The notes: generated by a model from the sequence alone, not told the origin. Counted from the first letter of the stretch, positions 24,393-33,528 are shown. The stretch: DNA of 42,034 nucleotides from Deltaproteobacteria bacterium GWA2_55_10 (GCA_001797415.1 MGPL01000081.1:1-42034), one strand, 5' to 3'. Translations and numbers: made by a program.

Positions 24393-24432
24393 TAGAATAA
24401 TTCTATTATAGAACATATTATAATATTGTCAA
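24393..24432 (-). promoter_or_regulatory. Consensus sigma-70 promoter with overlapping Fur/PerR-box-like palindromes
   Basis: On the minus strand: TTGACA (24432-24427), a 16-nt spacer, then TATAAT (24410-24405). The spacer is the palindromic 12-mer ATATTATAATAT. The 6-1-6 palindrome TAGAAT-A-ATTCTA (24393-24405) abuts the -10 element. Confidence 0.65.
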
Positions 24433-24517
24433 GTCCAGTTTTTTATACCCGCAATGTATTGATTTTTAAGAGTTTTTTTTCAAAACAGGCTTGTCAGAAA
24501 AGCGAAGAGGCAGAGAA

Positions 24518-24991
24518 CTACTTCTGAAGAGAATCCCTGAAGAGCCCTTCAAGTAATCTGTTCGAGGGTATGCTCCAGACTATGAGGCCGAGGGATAAAG
24601 CGGCAAGCGCGAAGAAGTCTACATACAGCGCGGAGAGGAAGAAGAGGAAAAAACCGAAGATGAGCACTGCCTCGGCAAATGCCATTGAGATGACGGGCGT
24701 TATGAGGAGGTACCTTAAAAGCGCCTCGGCGTCAACAGCCCTGTTTCTCACCTTCTCAGGCGAATAGCGCGCCTTTGATATGAGCGCTGCGGCCGCAACA
24801 GATAATGCGCTCAGGCCGTAAAAAACAGCCCTCAGGATATTCTCGTTGAAATCAGGTATAAAACCCTGAAAATAGATGTAAAGAAACTTGACAAGGATAA
24901 CTACGCCGGAGTACATCAGCACAAAAGCAGCGGCGAATACGGCAAGGAGCGTGACAGAGCGCCTTATGCCCTTTATTATCTCCTTCTCCAT
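24518..24991 (-). CDS. Hypothetical 4-TM membrane protein
   Basis: 157-aa hydrophobic ORF with an ATG start. I recognise no motif. Confidence 0.5.
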   Translation of the reverse strand: MEKEIIKGIRRSVTLLAVFAAAFVLMYSGVVILVKFLYIYFQGFIPDFNENILRAVFYGLSALSVAAAALISKARYSPEKVRNRAVDAEALLRYLLITPVISMAFAEAVLIFGFFLFFLSALYVDFFALAALSLGLIVWSIPSNRLLEGLFRDSLQK

Positions 24992-25132
24992 CCGTCTTCC
25001 CTGATTTCCGTCATGTAAGGCTTGAAAGCTCGCGTGGTAATCTTAAATGGCTGGCCGGGCAATGCTTTATGCGATAGAATCTTCACGCATAAGCTAAAAC
25101 AAAAGCCGCGCCAAATCAAGGAGGTTTTTCAG

Positions 25133-25606
25133 ATGCTCTTTCTCCTTATGCATATCGTCCATCTTCTGGCGGTCATAGTCTGGATAGGCGGCCTCGTCTT
25201 CGTCACAGGCATAGTCCTTCCAATGGCCATCAAGACGCCTGACCCGCTGCAAAAGGTCCTGACCTTCCAACGCATAGAGCACAGGTTCGCCCCGCTCGCA
25301 AAGGTCTATAACATAATCACAGGCATAACCGGATTCGTAATGGTCTGGCAGATGGGCTGGTATGAGCTCTACTTCACCAGAGAAGGCTGGGCGCTCACCT
25401 TCATGACAGCCATCTGGCTCTTCTGGTTCGTCATGCTCGTAGGCCTCGAACCCATCGTAATAAAAAAGATGCTCGACAAGATGGCCAGGGACGGCGCCAA
25501 GATGGACATAGACGGGATATTCCGCAAGGTAAAGACCCTCCACTGGTTCATGGTCGCGATATCTCTCGCCGCGGCAGCCGCCGGCGCGCTTGTGGCGCAT
25601 GGATAA
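25133..25606 (+). CDS. Hypothetical membrane protein (CopD/HemJ-like 4-TM pattern)
   Basis: The start is placed at ATG 25133, behind an AAGGAGG sequence (25118-25124): MLFLLMHIVHLLAVIVWIGGLVFV… The track start at 25022 has no ribosome-binding site. Confidence 0.55.
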   Translation: MLFLLMHIVHLLAVIVWIGGLVFVTGIVLPMAIKTPDPLQKVLTFQRIEHRFAPLAKVYNIITGITGFVMVWQMGWYELYFTREGWALTFMTAIWLFWFVMLVGLEPIVIKKMLDKMARDGAKMDIDGIFRKVKTLHWFMVAISLAAAAAGALVAHG

Positions 25607-25610
25607 TATT

Positions 25611-25640
25611 GGGAGAAACTTTCTGTAGAAAGTTTCTCCC
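25611..25640. terminator. Perfect 14-bp palindrome between convergent genes
   Basis: GGGAGAAACTTTCT/AGAAAGTTTCTCCC starts 5 nt after the stop at 25606. There is no clear T-run, so terminator function is uncertain. Confidence 0.35.
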
Positions 25641-25774
25641 AAACCCCCTTCAAAGACTTTTAGTTCCTGTCCGGCCCCCTGAAAAGCAAAGGGGGTCAGA
25701 CAGGAAGACCAAAAACTCTTTAAAGAAGTCCGAGAACCTTATACAAAAGCCTCCTCAAATATTATTCCAATCGC

Positions 25775-26266
25775 TCACAGCCTGTACCCGATCCCCTCTA
25801 TCTCAAGGAGCTTCTTCTTTATCTCAATGCCGCAGGAGAAGCCGCCGGGCCTTCCTCCTGAGGCAAGCACCCTGTGGCAGGGGATTATAAGGGGGACAGG
25901 GTTTCTTCCGCACGCGCCGCCGACAGCCCTGGCAGCGCCGGGTTTGCCGATAGAGCCGGCTATCTCGCCGTAGGACTTGACGGAACCCCATTTTATTTTT
26001 TGCAACGCCCGCCAGACGGCAAGGTCGAATTCGCTCCCCTTGAGGCTCAAAGATACCTTGAACTCCACGGGCTTTCCCCTGAAGTACTCATCGAAGCTCC
26101 TGAAGAGAGCACAGAACTCAGACGGCCTCTCGACAGGAGATGAGAGCCTTGAGATAAAATCCTTCTCCCTCTCTGCAAGGCCAACGGCTTTTATGCCTCC
26201 ATCATCAGAGGCGACGAGTACAAGGCCGATCGGCGAATCATATTTTGCCCAGCATGTCTTTTCCAT
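25775..26266 (-). CDS. ogt: Methylated-DNA--protein-cysteine methyltransferase
   Basis: Contains the active-site motif IPCHRV and …YGEIAGSIGKPGAARAVGGACGRNP… ATG 26266 is preferred over the TTG at 26302. Confidence 0.85.
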   Translation of the reverse strand: MEKTCWAKYDSPIGLVLVASDDGGIKAVGLAEREKDFISRLSSPVERPSEFCALFRSFDEYFRGKPVEFKVSLSLKGSEFDLAVWRALQKIKWGSVKSYGEIAGSIGKPGAARAVGGACGRNPVPLIIPCHRVLASGGRPGGFSCGIEIKKKLLEIEGIGYRL

Positions 26267-26384
26267 GCCTTGATGATAAAACGGATGCAATATTCGATTC
26301 AATATTAAAGATGCTCTTTTGACTTGGCTATGCTCATCTGTTAGAGTAGTTCAAATAAGTCAAAGACTTTCATCAGGAGAACAA

Positions 26385-26780
26385 TTGAGCTACCCGACCG
26401 CGTTCATATTCTGGTTCGTGATGGTGATAATGGCCATAGCAAACGGCGTGTTCGCCGAGAAGCTCCTCATACCCAGGATAGGCGACTACGCCAGCCACCT
26501 GTACAAGTCCGCGTTCATAATAATCGTCATCTTCATCGGGGCGCACATCTATATCACGAGGTTCGCGGGACCCCCGCTCTTTTCAACGGCATTGACGACA
26601 GGGCTCCTGTGGCTCTCGTGCAGCATCATATTCGAGTTCTTCTTCGGCCATTATGTCTTCGGCTTCAGCTGGGAGAGGCTATTCGCCGACTACAGGATAT
26701 GGGAGGGCCGGCTCTGGTCGCTCGTGCTCGCATCCGAGGTCGCGGCCCCTCTCTTCTTTGCGTGGCTCGCAAAGGCGTAG
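26385..26780 (+). CDS. Hypothetical 4-TM membrane protein
   Basis: Hydrophobic ORF. An in-frame TTG at 26385 is preceded by AGGAGA; the track start at 26319 is also TTG. The exact start is uncertain. Confidence 0.5.
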   Translation: MSYPTAFIFWFVMVIMAIANGVFAEKLLIPRIGDYASHLYKSAFIIIVIFIGAHIYITRFAGPPLFSTALTTGLLWLSCSIIFEFFFGHYVFGFSWERLFADYRIWEGRLWSLVLASEVAAPLFFAWLAKA

Positions 26781-26814
26781 CCCCGAACAGACTAATATTA
26801 AAACCCCGATTTCC

Positions 26815-26946
26815 TCAGGCTGCTCAAAAAGCTCCATATGCAAGGCCCCGGTTAAATCGGGGAGCAAGGAATGAGGCGTACTTCTTTGGTACGCCGCTTC
26901 TGCCGCGACGATGACAACGCAGCAGATGGACTTATTTCATGCCTGC
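26815..26946 (+). repeat. Family-A repeat, copy A4
   Basis: Full-length match. The right end (ggacttatttcatgcctgc) is of the same variant as copy A1. It ends 13 nt before the ackA ATG. Confidence 0.9.
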
Positions 26947-26959
26947 ATCAGAATGCACT

Positions 26960-28114
26960 ATGGCGAACATACTCACGATAAACAGCGGCTCATCAAGCAT
27001 AAAGCTCTCCGTATACGGGGCCGGTGAACGCCTTCTCATCAAGGGCCTGCTCGAACGAATAGGCCTGCCCGAAGGCGCGTTCTCGGCATGGGACTCAGAA
27101 GGCGCCCTCATAAGGAACGGCCGTCTCAGCTTCCCTGACCATGCAGCCGCTCTCAGCGAGCTTACAGGCTGGCTCAGGAACAGCCCCGTTGGGAACGGCA
27201 TCTGTGCCGTAGGCCACAGGGTCGTCCACGGCGGCAGGATAACTGCCCCGCAGAAGATAGACGCGGCGATGATGGATTCGCTGCGCGCGTTGAAGCCCTT
27301 TGCAGCCGAGCACCTGCCGCACGAGATAAAGGCAATAGAGGCATTGGAAAGCTCTCTTCCCGGCGTGGCGCAGGTCGCCTGCTTCGATACGTCATTTCAC
27401 ACGAACATGCCGGAGGTGGCCCGCACCTTCGCCATTCCCGAAGAGTTCAGGCGAGCTGGTGTCGTACGCTACGGCTTTCACGGCCTCTCCTACGAATACA
27501 TAATGGAAGAGCTTGGCAAGACAGACCCTGAGAGGGCAAAGGGCCGCGTAGTGATAGCGCACCTCGGGAACGGCTCTTCGATGTGCGCCGTACTGAATGG
27601 AATGAGCATCGAGACGACAATGGGCTTCACGCCGCTGGGAGGGCTTGTGATGAGCACCCGCACGGGCGACCTCGACCCCGGCATAATCGTCTACATGCTC
27701 AAGACTAAAAAATACGGTGCAGACGAGCTCAACGAGGTCCTGAACCGCGCCTCGGGCCTCAAGGCCATATCCGGCATAAGTTCTGACATGGCGGACCTGC
27801 TGAGAGAAGAGAACAGATCAGCGAAAGCAGCCCTGGCTATAAATGTATACTGCTATCAGGCGAGGAAGTTCCTGGGGGCTTTGGCTGGCGCGCTCGGAGG
27901 GATCGATACCCTCGTCTTTACAGCCGGGATCGGCGAGAACTCACCTCAGGTGCGCGAAAGGATACTCGAAGGCATGGGGTTCATGGGGCTTGAGGTAGAC
28001 AGCGAAAAGAACCTGTTGGGCGGCCCCGTCATTTCGAAAGGGCCTGTTGCAATACGCGTGATGAAGACGAACGAGGAGCTTATGATAGCGCGGCATACAG
28101 CCCGTTTGCTTTAG
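26960..28114 (+). CDS. ackA: Acetate kinase
   Basis: MANILTINSGSSSIKLSVY… is the canonical AckA N-terminus. The track start at 26939 is an ATG inside repeat A4. Confidence 0.9.
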   Translation: MANILTINSGSSSIKLSVYGAGERLLIKGLLERIGLPEGAFSAWDSEGALIRNGRLSFPDHAAALSELTGWLRNSPVGNGICAVGHRVVHGGRITAPQKIDAAMMDSLRALKPFAAEHLPHEIKAIEALESSLPGVAQVACFDTSFHTNMPEVARTFAIPEEFRRAGVVRYGFHGLSYEYIMEELGKTDPERAKGRVVIAHLGNGSSMCAVLNGMSIETTMGFTPLGGLVMSTRTGDLDPGIIVYMLKTKKYGADELNEVLNRASGLKAISGISSDMADLLREENRSAKAALAINVYCYQARKFLGALAGALGGIDTLVFTAGIGENSPQVRERILEGMGFMGLEVDSEKNLLGGPVISKGPVAIRVMKTNEELMIARHTARLL

Positions 28115-29412
28115 TCGCTTATCGGGTGCTCCGGGTTTTCATCCCTGTTCTGGGCATAAGCGGTGTCGCGGCCCATGGAGAGCTTTGCCATCACCTCGCC
28201 CTTTACAGCGGCAAAGGCCTGCCTCTCTTTTTTGGAGATGGCCCTGTCGGCGACGGATTTGATGCTCAGCGGGTTCACAAGCCTGTTATTGACCCTTACC
28301 TCGTAATGCAGGTGCGGGCCTGAGCAGAGTCCGGTGCAGCCCACATATCCGACTATGTCGCCCTGGTCGACCTTCGCGCCGCTCCGGATGCCCTTCCTTA
28401 TCTTTGAGAGGTGGCCGTAGCGTGTTATATAGCCGCTGTTATGCCTTATCTCGACGAGGTTCCCGTAGCCGCCGTGCCTTCCGGCTATCCTCACTATCCC
28501 GCTTCCGGCAGCCTCTATGGGCGTGCCTACGGGCGCCGCATAATCAACCCCGTGGTGCGCCCTGTACTTCTTCAATATGGGATGAAAACGGCTCTTGCTG
28601 AAATGGCTCGATATCCTTCTGAACCTCAGGGGGCTCTTTAGCAAAGAACGCCTCAGCGATTTGCCTTCGGCATTGTAGTAACCTGACCCGCTCTTGCCTT
28701 CGTAATAGATGGCGGTGTACTTTTTGCCGCCGTTTACCATCTCGGCGCCCTTTATCCTGCCGGTCTTTACTGGCACACCCTCGACATAGAGCGCCTCCGC
28801 AAGGATATTGAAGCTGTCGCCCTTCTGGATGTCAGAGGCGAAGTCGATGTCCCAGGCGAATATATCCGTCAGCGCGACTACCGACTGCGCGTCCGCCCCT
28901 GCCTTGATCGCGTCCTCGTAGAACGAGTTCTCTATGGTGCCGGAGATGACGGTCTCCCTCGTCTCGTTGGGCAGCTCGTCTTTTCTCGCGGTTATTTCGC
29001 CTTCCGGGGTCTTTTCTATAACCAGGTATTCGTAGGGGCTGAACTTGTACTCTATCTTTTTAAGGCTGCCTTCGAGCGTGGATACGCTCATGACAGAATC
29101 CTTCCTGAGTTGCCTGAGGTCGTAGACCGGACGGGCCTTCGCGGCTATTTCCTGTATCTCGGTGCCGGAGACGCTGAGGCCTGACATGATGCTGTAGAAG
29201 GTCTGATTTCCGGCGAGCTTGAAATCCTGCTTGAGTATCTGCGGGCCCTGGGGGACTTCCTCTTCGGGTTGGGTCTGCTGCCCTGTCTGGAGCGATGCTT
29301 CGGGGCTTACGATGAAAAGGAATGAAAGGAGAAAAGAGAGGCCTGCGAGAGCTATTATTATTGCTGTCCTGAGCGGGAATTTCTTTTCTTCTCTGTTTGA
29401 GAATTCAGTCAA
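28111..29412 (-). CDS. M23-family murein endopeptidase with an N-terminal membrane anchor
   Basis: Contains HHGVDYAAPVGTPIEAAGSG and GPHLHYEV (zinc ligands of M23). TTG start. The stop overlaps the ackA stop by 3 nt in convergent orientation. Confidence 0.85.
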   Translation of the reverse strand: MTEFSNREEKKFPLRTAIIIALAGLSFLLSFLFIVSPEASLQTGQQTQPEEEVPQGPQILKQDFKLAGNQTFYSIMSGLSVSGTEIQEIAAKARPVYDLRQLRKDSVMSVSTLEGSLKKIEYKFSPYEYLVIEKTPEGEITARKDELPNETRETVISGTIENSFYEDAIKAGADAQSVVALTDIFAWDIDFASDIQKGDSFNILAEALYVEGVPVKTGRIKGAEMVNGGKKYTAIYYEGKSGSGYYNAEGKSLRRSLLKSPLRFRRISSHFSKSRFHPILKKYRAHHGVDYAAPVGTPIEAAGSGIVRIAGRHGGYGNLVEIRHNSGYITRYGHLSKIRKGIRSGAKVDQGDIVGYVGCTGLCSGPHLHYEVRVNNRLVNPLSIKSVADRAISKKERQAFAAVKGEVMAKLSMGRDTAYAQNRDENPEHPISD

Positions 29413-29505
29413 TAGTCCATCCCCTCAAAGTTTGCACACATATTAGTAAAATAAAGCAGCCTGTGTCAAGCCTTTGTTGTTTTTTTCGCGCTTGAATTTC
29501 ATCTC

Positions 29506-29534
29506 TTGCCAAAAAAAAACGCAAATTGTAAGAT
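29506..29534 (+). promoter_or_regulatory. Sigma-70-type promoter placed for a leaderless transcript
   Basis: TTGCCA (29506-29511), a 17-nt spacer, TAAGAT (29529-29534), then ATG at 29541 only 6 nt later. No Shine-Dalgarno sequence is present. Confidence 0.45.
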
Positions 29535-29540
29535 ACGGGC

Positions 29541-30656
29541 ATGAATGACCGTCTGAAGTTTACCGAAGGATTGCCCAAGAAGGCGAAGATACTCATTGCC
29601 GACGACGACAGGTTCTATATAAGGATATTCTCGGACCTCATAGCGGACCTCGGCTTTGAATGCATACCAGCGGCAAACGGGCTCGAAGCGCTGGAGAAGG
29701 CGCGCACGCACTGCCCGGACGTCCTCATAATAGACGTCGTGATGCCGGGCATGGACGGCTTTGAGGTCACCAGAAGGCTCAAGGAAGACCCCGCCACGAT
29801 GTACCTGCCTGTCGTCATCGTAACCTCCCTTGCAGACAGGGACTCCAAGATAAAAGGACTGCAGAGCGGCGCCGACGAGCTGCTTTCAAAGCCCGTGGAC
29901 GAGACGGAGTTCAGGGTGCGGCTCAGGAACCTCCTCAAGGTAAAGAAGTACGAGGACTTCCTGGTCGAGCACGGCAGGAGGCTCGCCAACGAGGTTGAGG
30001 ACAAGTCCGTTCAGCTCGAGCGTGCCTTCACGAAGATAAGGAAGGGCTATGCGGAGACCGTTTACAGGCTTACGCTCGCGGCCGAGCAGAGGGACAAGGA
30101 GACCGGGAGCCATATAAAGAGGATAAGCCTCTACTCGCAGCTCCTCGCGAGGTACCTGCGCCTGCCCGAGCAGGCTGTGGAGGCCATATTCTTCGCAAGT
30201 CCCATGCACGACGTTGGCAAGATAGGCATCCCGGACTCGATACTCCTGAAGCCGGGCTCTCTCACCGATGCCGAGTTCGAGATAATGAGGACGCACACCA
30301 CCATAGGGGCCGAAATTCTCAAGGACTCGGATTCGGAGATACTCGATACCGCCAGGGAGATAGCGCTCACGCACCACGAGAGGTGGGACGGCGAGGGCTA
30401 CCCCAGGGGGCTCAAGGGAGAAGAGATACCTCTCTCGGGCAGGATAGTCAATGTCGTGGATATCTACGACGCCATAAGGAGCCCGCGCCCGTACAAGGAA
30501 GGGCTCGATCACGAGACCGCCTGCAAGATAATCCTCGGGCACCCCGAAAGGTTTGACCCCGTCATACTCAAGGCCTTCGTGGACTGCGCAGAGGAGTTCA
30601 GGAGGCTTTACGACGAGAACAACGAATTAGAGGCTTGCTGTAAAAGCCCGGCTTGA
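29541..30656 (+). CDS. Response regulator with an HD-GYP c-di-GMP phosphodiesterase domain
   Basis: REC domain (KILIADDD…DVLIIDVVMPGMDGFE…K) plus HD-GYP (…SPMHDVGKIGIPD…HHERWDGEGYPRGL). Confidence 0.88.
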   Translation: MNDRLKFTEGLPKKAKILIADDDRFYIRIFSDLIADLGFECIPAANGLEALEKARTHCPDVLIIDVVMPGMDGFEVTRRLKEDPATMYLPVVIVTSLADRDSKIKGLQSGADELLSKPVDETEFRVRLRNLLKVKKYEDFLVEHGRRLANEVEDKSVQLERAFTKIRKGYAETVYRLTLAAEQRDKETGSHIKRISLYSQLLARYLRLPEQAVEAIFFASPMHDVGKIGIPDSILLKPGSLTDAEFEIMRTHTTIGAEILKDSDSEILDTAREIALTHHERWDGEGYPRGLKGEEIPLSGRIVNVVDIYDAIRSPRPYKEGLDHETACKIILGHPERFDPVILKAFVDCAEEFRRLYDENNELEACCKSPA

Positions 30657-30734
30657 AAACCAATAGCGAGCGCATTCCCCGCAGAAAAGCTGCGGGGTCA
30701 AGCGAGCGAATAGAAATGATATATTCCTCAGGTT

Positions 30735-30774
30735 TCGAAGCTCCCCGCGGCAAGCCGCGGGGAGCTTCGATTTT
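30735..30774 (+). terminator. Strong intrinsic terminator (GC-rich REP-like palindrome)
   Basis: Perfect 16-bp stem TCGAAGCTCCCCGCGG-caag-CCGCGGGGAGCTTCGA followed by TTTT. Confidence 0.75.
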
Positions 30775-30806
30775 CTGCCGAGACGAAGACAATAAAGCAT
30801 ATTTTA

Positions 30807-30940
30807 TTCAGGCTGCTCAAAAAACTCCAGATGCGAGGCCCCGGTTAAACCGGGGAGCGAGGAACGAGTCGTACTCTTCATGTACGTCGCAGTGACGAGC
30901 TTTGAGGCCAACAAAGCAGATGTTTTTTTTCAGCAGCCTG
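30807..30940 (+). repeat. Family-A repeat, copy A5
   Basis: Full-length match. It ends 1 nt before the chaN stop codon. Confidence 0.9.
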
Positions 30941-30941
30941 C

Positions 30942-31799
30942 TTAAAAGAGCCGGCCTGTTATTATATAGTCCGCGTCTTCCGGCCCGACCTTCTCGATAT
31001 CCATGCTCTCCGAGTCCGGCATCAGTACCACGCTTTTGTAAGCTGAGAGCCTCTCCACCTGCGCCGGGATGCCCCTCTTCCATGAATGCCCGCCGCCTGC
31101 CAGCACGACCATCTTCTTGCCAGGGTTCTTCTCCATGTACTCTATCGCGTTATGGGCCATGCCGTTGTCCCAGACCATCTGCGCTTCGCAGAAGCTCTGG
31201 AATGTCATGCCCTTGACCTCGTGGCCGCCGAACGCCTCCTTGATGAACTTCTCGTAGACCTTATCCACGCTGCACTCTATGCCCGGCGGAAGCTCGGCAA
31301 GCTGCTCGGGAGTGAGGGACTCGAAGCCCTTCGTGAGGACCTGGTACATTATCTTCCTCGATATGTTGAGGCCTACAAGCGGCACCTTGTTCTCCCTCGC
31401 GAAGATGAATATGTCCTCGTACTGGCCCCAGGGCACGGTCCAGTTCTTCTTAAAGGCAGCCTTGAACTCCTTCTCGTCGATCTCGCCCGCGACCCAGCGG
31501 TCCAGGACCTCCTGGTTGTCGCTCAGGAACATCTCGACGCCTATGACGACGTCCGTGCCGGACCCCTTGAGCCCCTTTATGAGCTCGAGCTGTGCCTTGT
31601 GGTGCAGCTTCCTGGTGTGCACCTCTCCCACGAAGACAAAGTCGGCCTCTTTTATCTCTTCGAGCAGTTCAGGGGCCTTGACCTCGGTCTTGTCAGCGGC
31701 CCTTATTATGACGGGCTCGCGGCACCCGGCCAGGGACAGGAGCAATACGGCAAATAACAGCGTTATCCCGAATGCTTCTCTCACCGGGCCTTTTTTCAT
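30942..31799 (-). CDS. ChaN-family (haem/iron-associated, Tiki-like) lipoprotein
   Basis: Lipobox LLSLAGC, with …FVFVGEVHTRKLHHKAQLELI… resembling the ChaN family. It starts 2 nt after the citrate synthase stop. Confidence 0.65.
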   Translation of the reverse strand: MKKGPVREAFGITLLFAVLLLSLAGCREPVIIRAADKTEVKAPELLEEIKEADFVFVGEVHTRKLHHKAQLELIKGLKGSGTDVVIGVEMFLSDNQEVLDRWVAGEIDEKEFKAAFKKNWTVPWGQYEDIFIFARENKVPLVGLNISRKIMYQVLTKGFESLTPEQLAELPPGIECSVDKVYEKFIKEAFGGHEVKGMTFQSFCEAQMVWDNGMAHNAIEYMEKNPGKKMVVLAGGGHSWKRGIPAQVERLSAYKSVVLMPDSESMDIEKVGPEDADYIITGRLF

Positions 31800-31801
31800 G
31801 G

Positions 31802-32935
31802 TCAGGTCCTCTCTTCCATCGGGATGTAAGGCTGAGACCTCAAGCCCGTGTACTTCTGCTCGGGGCGGTAGATGCGGTTTGATTTGAGCTGCTCCATCCA
31901 GTGCGAGAGCCAGCCCGCGACCCTGCCCATCGCGAATATGGGCGTGAAAAGCTCCGTAGGTATGCCGATGCTCCGGAATATGATGCCGGAGTAGAAGTCT
32001 ATGTTGGGGTGCAGCCGCTTGCCGGAGAGCTTCTCCTTCACCACCGCCTCTATCTCGCGGGATATCTCGACCGTCTTTTTGTCGATCCCGTCGTGGACGG
32101 CAAGCAGGCTGATGAAGCGCTTCAAGTACTCGCCCCTGGGGTCGGTGGTCCTGTAGACCCTGTGCCCGATGCCCATTATCCTCTCCTTCTTCTCCAGCTT
32201 GCCCTCTATATAGGGGCGCACGTTCTCCTTCGAGCCTATCTCCTCTATCATACGGACGACCTCTTCGTTGGCCCCTCCGTGGAGCGGGCCTGAGAGGGTG
32301 CCTATGGCAGAGGAGACAATGGTGTACGGGTCCGCGAGCGTGGAGCCCACGACCCGGGCGCTGAAGGTAGACGCGTTCATGGTATGGTCGGCGTGGAGGA
32401 TGAGCATGACGTCGAGTATCCTCTCGATCAGCTCCGAAGGCTCTTTTTCGAAGAGCATGTAGTAAAAGTTTGCCGCGAAGGAGAGGTCGTTCCTCGGCTG
32501 TATTGGAGCGTCGCCGTGCCTGAGCCTGTGGACAGTCGCCACTATCGTGGGCAGCTTTGCAATGAGGCGCACCGCGGACCAGTAGCGCGCTTCAGGGTCC
32601 AGCGTGTCCCTCGCGGGATAGTACATGCCCATTGCCGATGTCACGGCCTGCAGGTAATGCATGGGGTGGCCGTTCTCGGGCAGGTACTCCATCATCCTCA
32701 ATATCTTGAGCTTGAGCCTTGTATGATAGGTGATGTCGTCCCTGAACTTCATCAGTTCGTCTTTTTTCGGAAGCCGTCCAAATAGAAGAAGCCAGGACGT
32801 CTCAATGAAACTGCTCTTCTCGGCGAGCGTCTCGACCGGTATGCCCCTGTACTCGAGGATTCCCTTGTCGCCGTCAATGTAGCTTATGGCAGACTCGGCG
32901 GCGGGTATGCCTTCGAGGCCCGGGATCACTTCCAT
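31802..32935 (-). CDS. gltA: Citrate synthase (small dimeric type)
   Basis: Contains …GPLHGGANEEV…, …GHRVYRTTDPR… and …DFYSG… The start is placed at ATG 32935 (MEVIPGLEGIPAAES); the track start at 33004 is an ATG inside repeat A6. Confidence 0.88.
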   Translation of the reverse strand: MEVIPGLEGIPAAESAISYIDGDKGILEYRGIPVETLAEKSSFIETSWLLLFGRLPKKDELMKFRDDITYHTRLKLKILRMMEYLPENGHPMHYLQAVTSAMGMYYPARDTLDPEARYWSAVRLIAKLPTIVATVHRLRHGDAPIQPRNDLSFAANFYYMLFEKEPSELIERILDVMLILHADHTMNASTFSARVVGSTLADPYTIVSSAIGTLSGPLHGGANEEVVRMIEEIGSKENVRPYIEGKLEKKERIMGIGHRVYRTTDPRGEYLKRFISLLAVHDGIDKKTVEISREIEAVVKEKLSGKRLHPNIDFYSGIIFRSIGIPTELFTPIFAMGRVAGWLSHWMEQLKSNRIYRPEQKYTGLRSQPYIPMEERT

Positions 32936-32980
32936 CGGTATCTTCTCTTCCACGCGCAGTCCTGTCCAAAAATGATCTTT

Positions 32981-33114
32981 TTCAGGCAGCTCAAAAAGCT
33001 CCATATGCGAGGCCCCGGTTAAATCGGGGAGCGAGGAACGAGTCGTACTCTTTTTGCACGTCGCTTCTGACTCGCTTTGAGGCCAACAAAGCAGATGGCT
33101 TTTTCGGCAGCCTG
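32981..33114 (+). repeat. Family-A repeat, copy A6
   Basis: Full-length match, lying between the gltA start and the csp terminator. Confidence 0.9.
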
Positions 33115-33150
33115 TTCGAATATTATATCAGGCTGAACGGCTTGTACATA

Positions 33151-33184
33151 AAAAAAGCCCCCATCCTGCGGATGAGGGCTTTTG
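33151..33184 (-). terminator. Intrinsic terminator after csp
   Basis: The minus strand reads AAGCCCTCATCC-gca-GGATGGGGGCTT followed by TTTTT. Confidence 0.7.
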
Positions 33185-33205
33185 CGTGTTACTTCGCTCT
33201 TGTTA

Positions 33206-33412
33206 TCAGAGCGCGGCCGGATTGACGTTCTCGGCCTTGAGGCCCTTGGGGCCCTTGGTGATCTCGAAGTCAACCCGCTGCCCCTCCTTGAGGGTCCTGA
33301 AGCCGGAACCCTGAATGGAAGAGTAATGGACGAAGACATCTTCGCCGGAGTCCTGCTCGATGAAGCCGAACCCTTTGGACTCGTTAAACCACTTGACCTT
33401 TCCTGAAGGCAT
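33206..33412 (-). CDS. cspA: Cold-shock protein (CspA family)
   Basis: 68 aa. [33 protein letters not shown] carries the RNP1 and RNP2 motifs. Confidence 0.92.
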   Translation of the reverse strand: MPSGKVKWFNESKGFGFIEQDSGEDVFVHYSSIQGSGFRTLKEGQRVDFEITKGPKGLKAENVNPAAL

Positions 33413-33528
33413 AGCGAAAAACCTCCTTTCTTTTAAGTTAATAAGTAATAGGGGTTTTCCGCACTTCAGGTCCTTTGTGTAAATTACCTCGCGCTTCCAA
33501 ACCCGTCTACTATCTTACTTAATGAGTA

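Noticed and set aside
28111-28114. 3-4 nt convergent overlap of the ackA and M23 peptidase stop codons with no terminator between them
   Set aside because: Convergent overlaps occur in compact genomes. Nothing in the sequence suggests a regulatory role.
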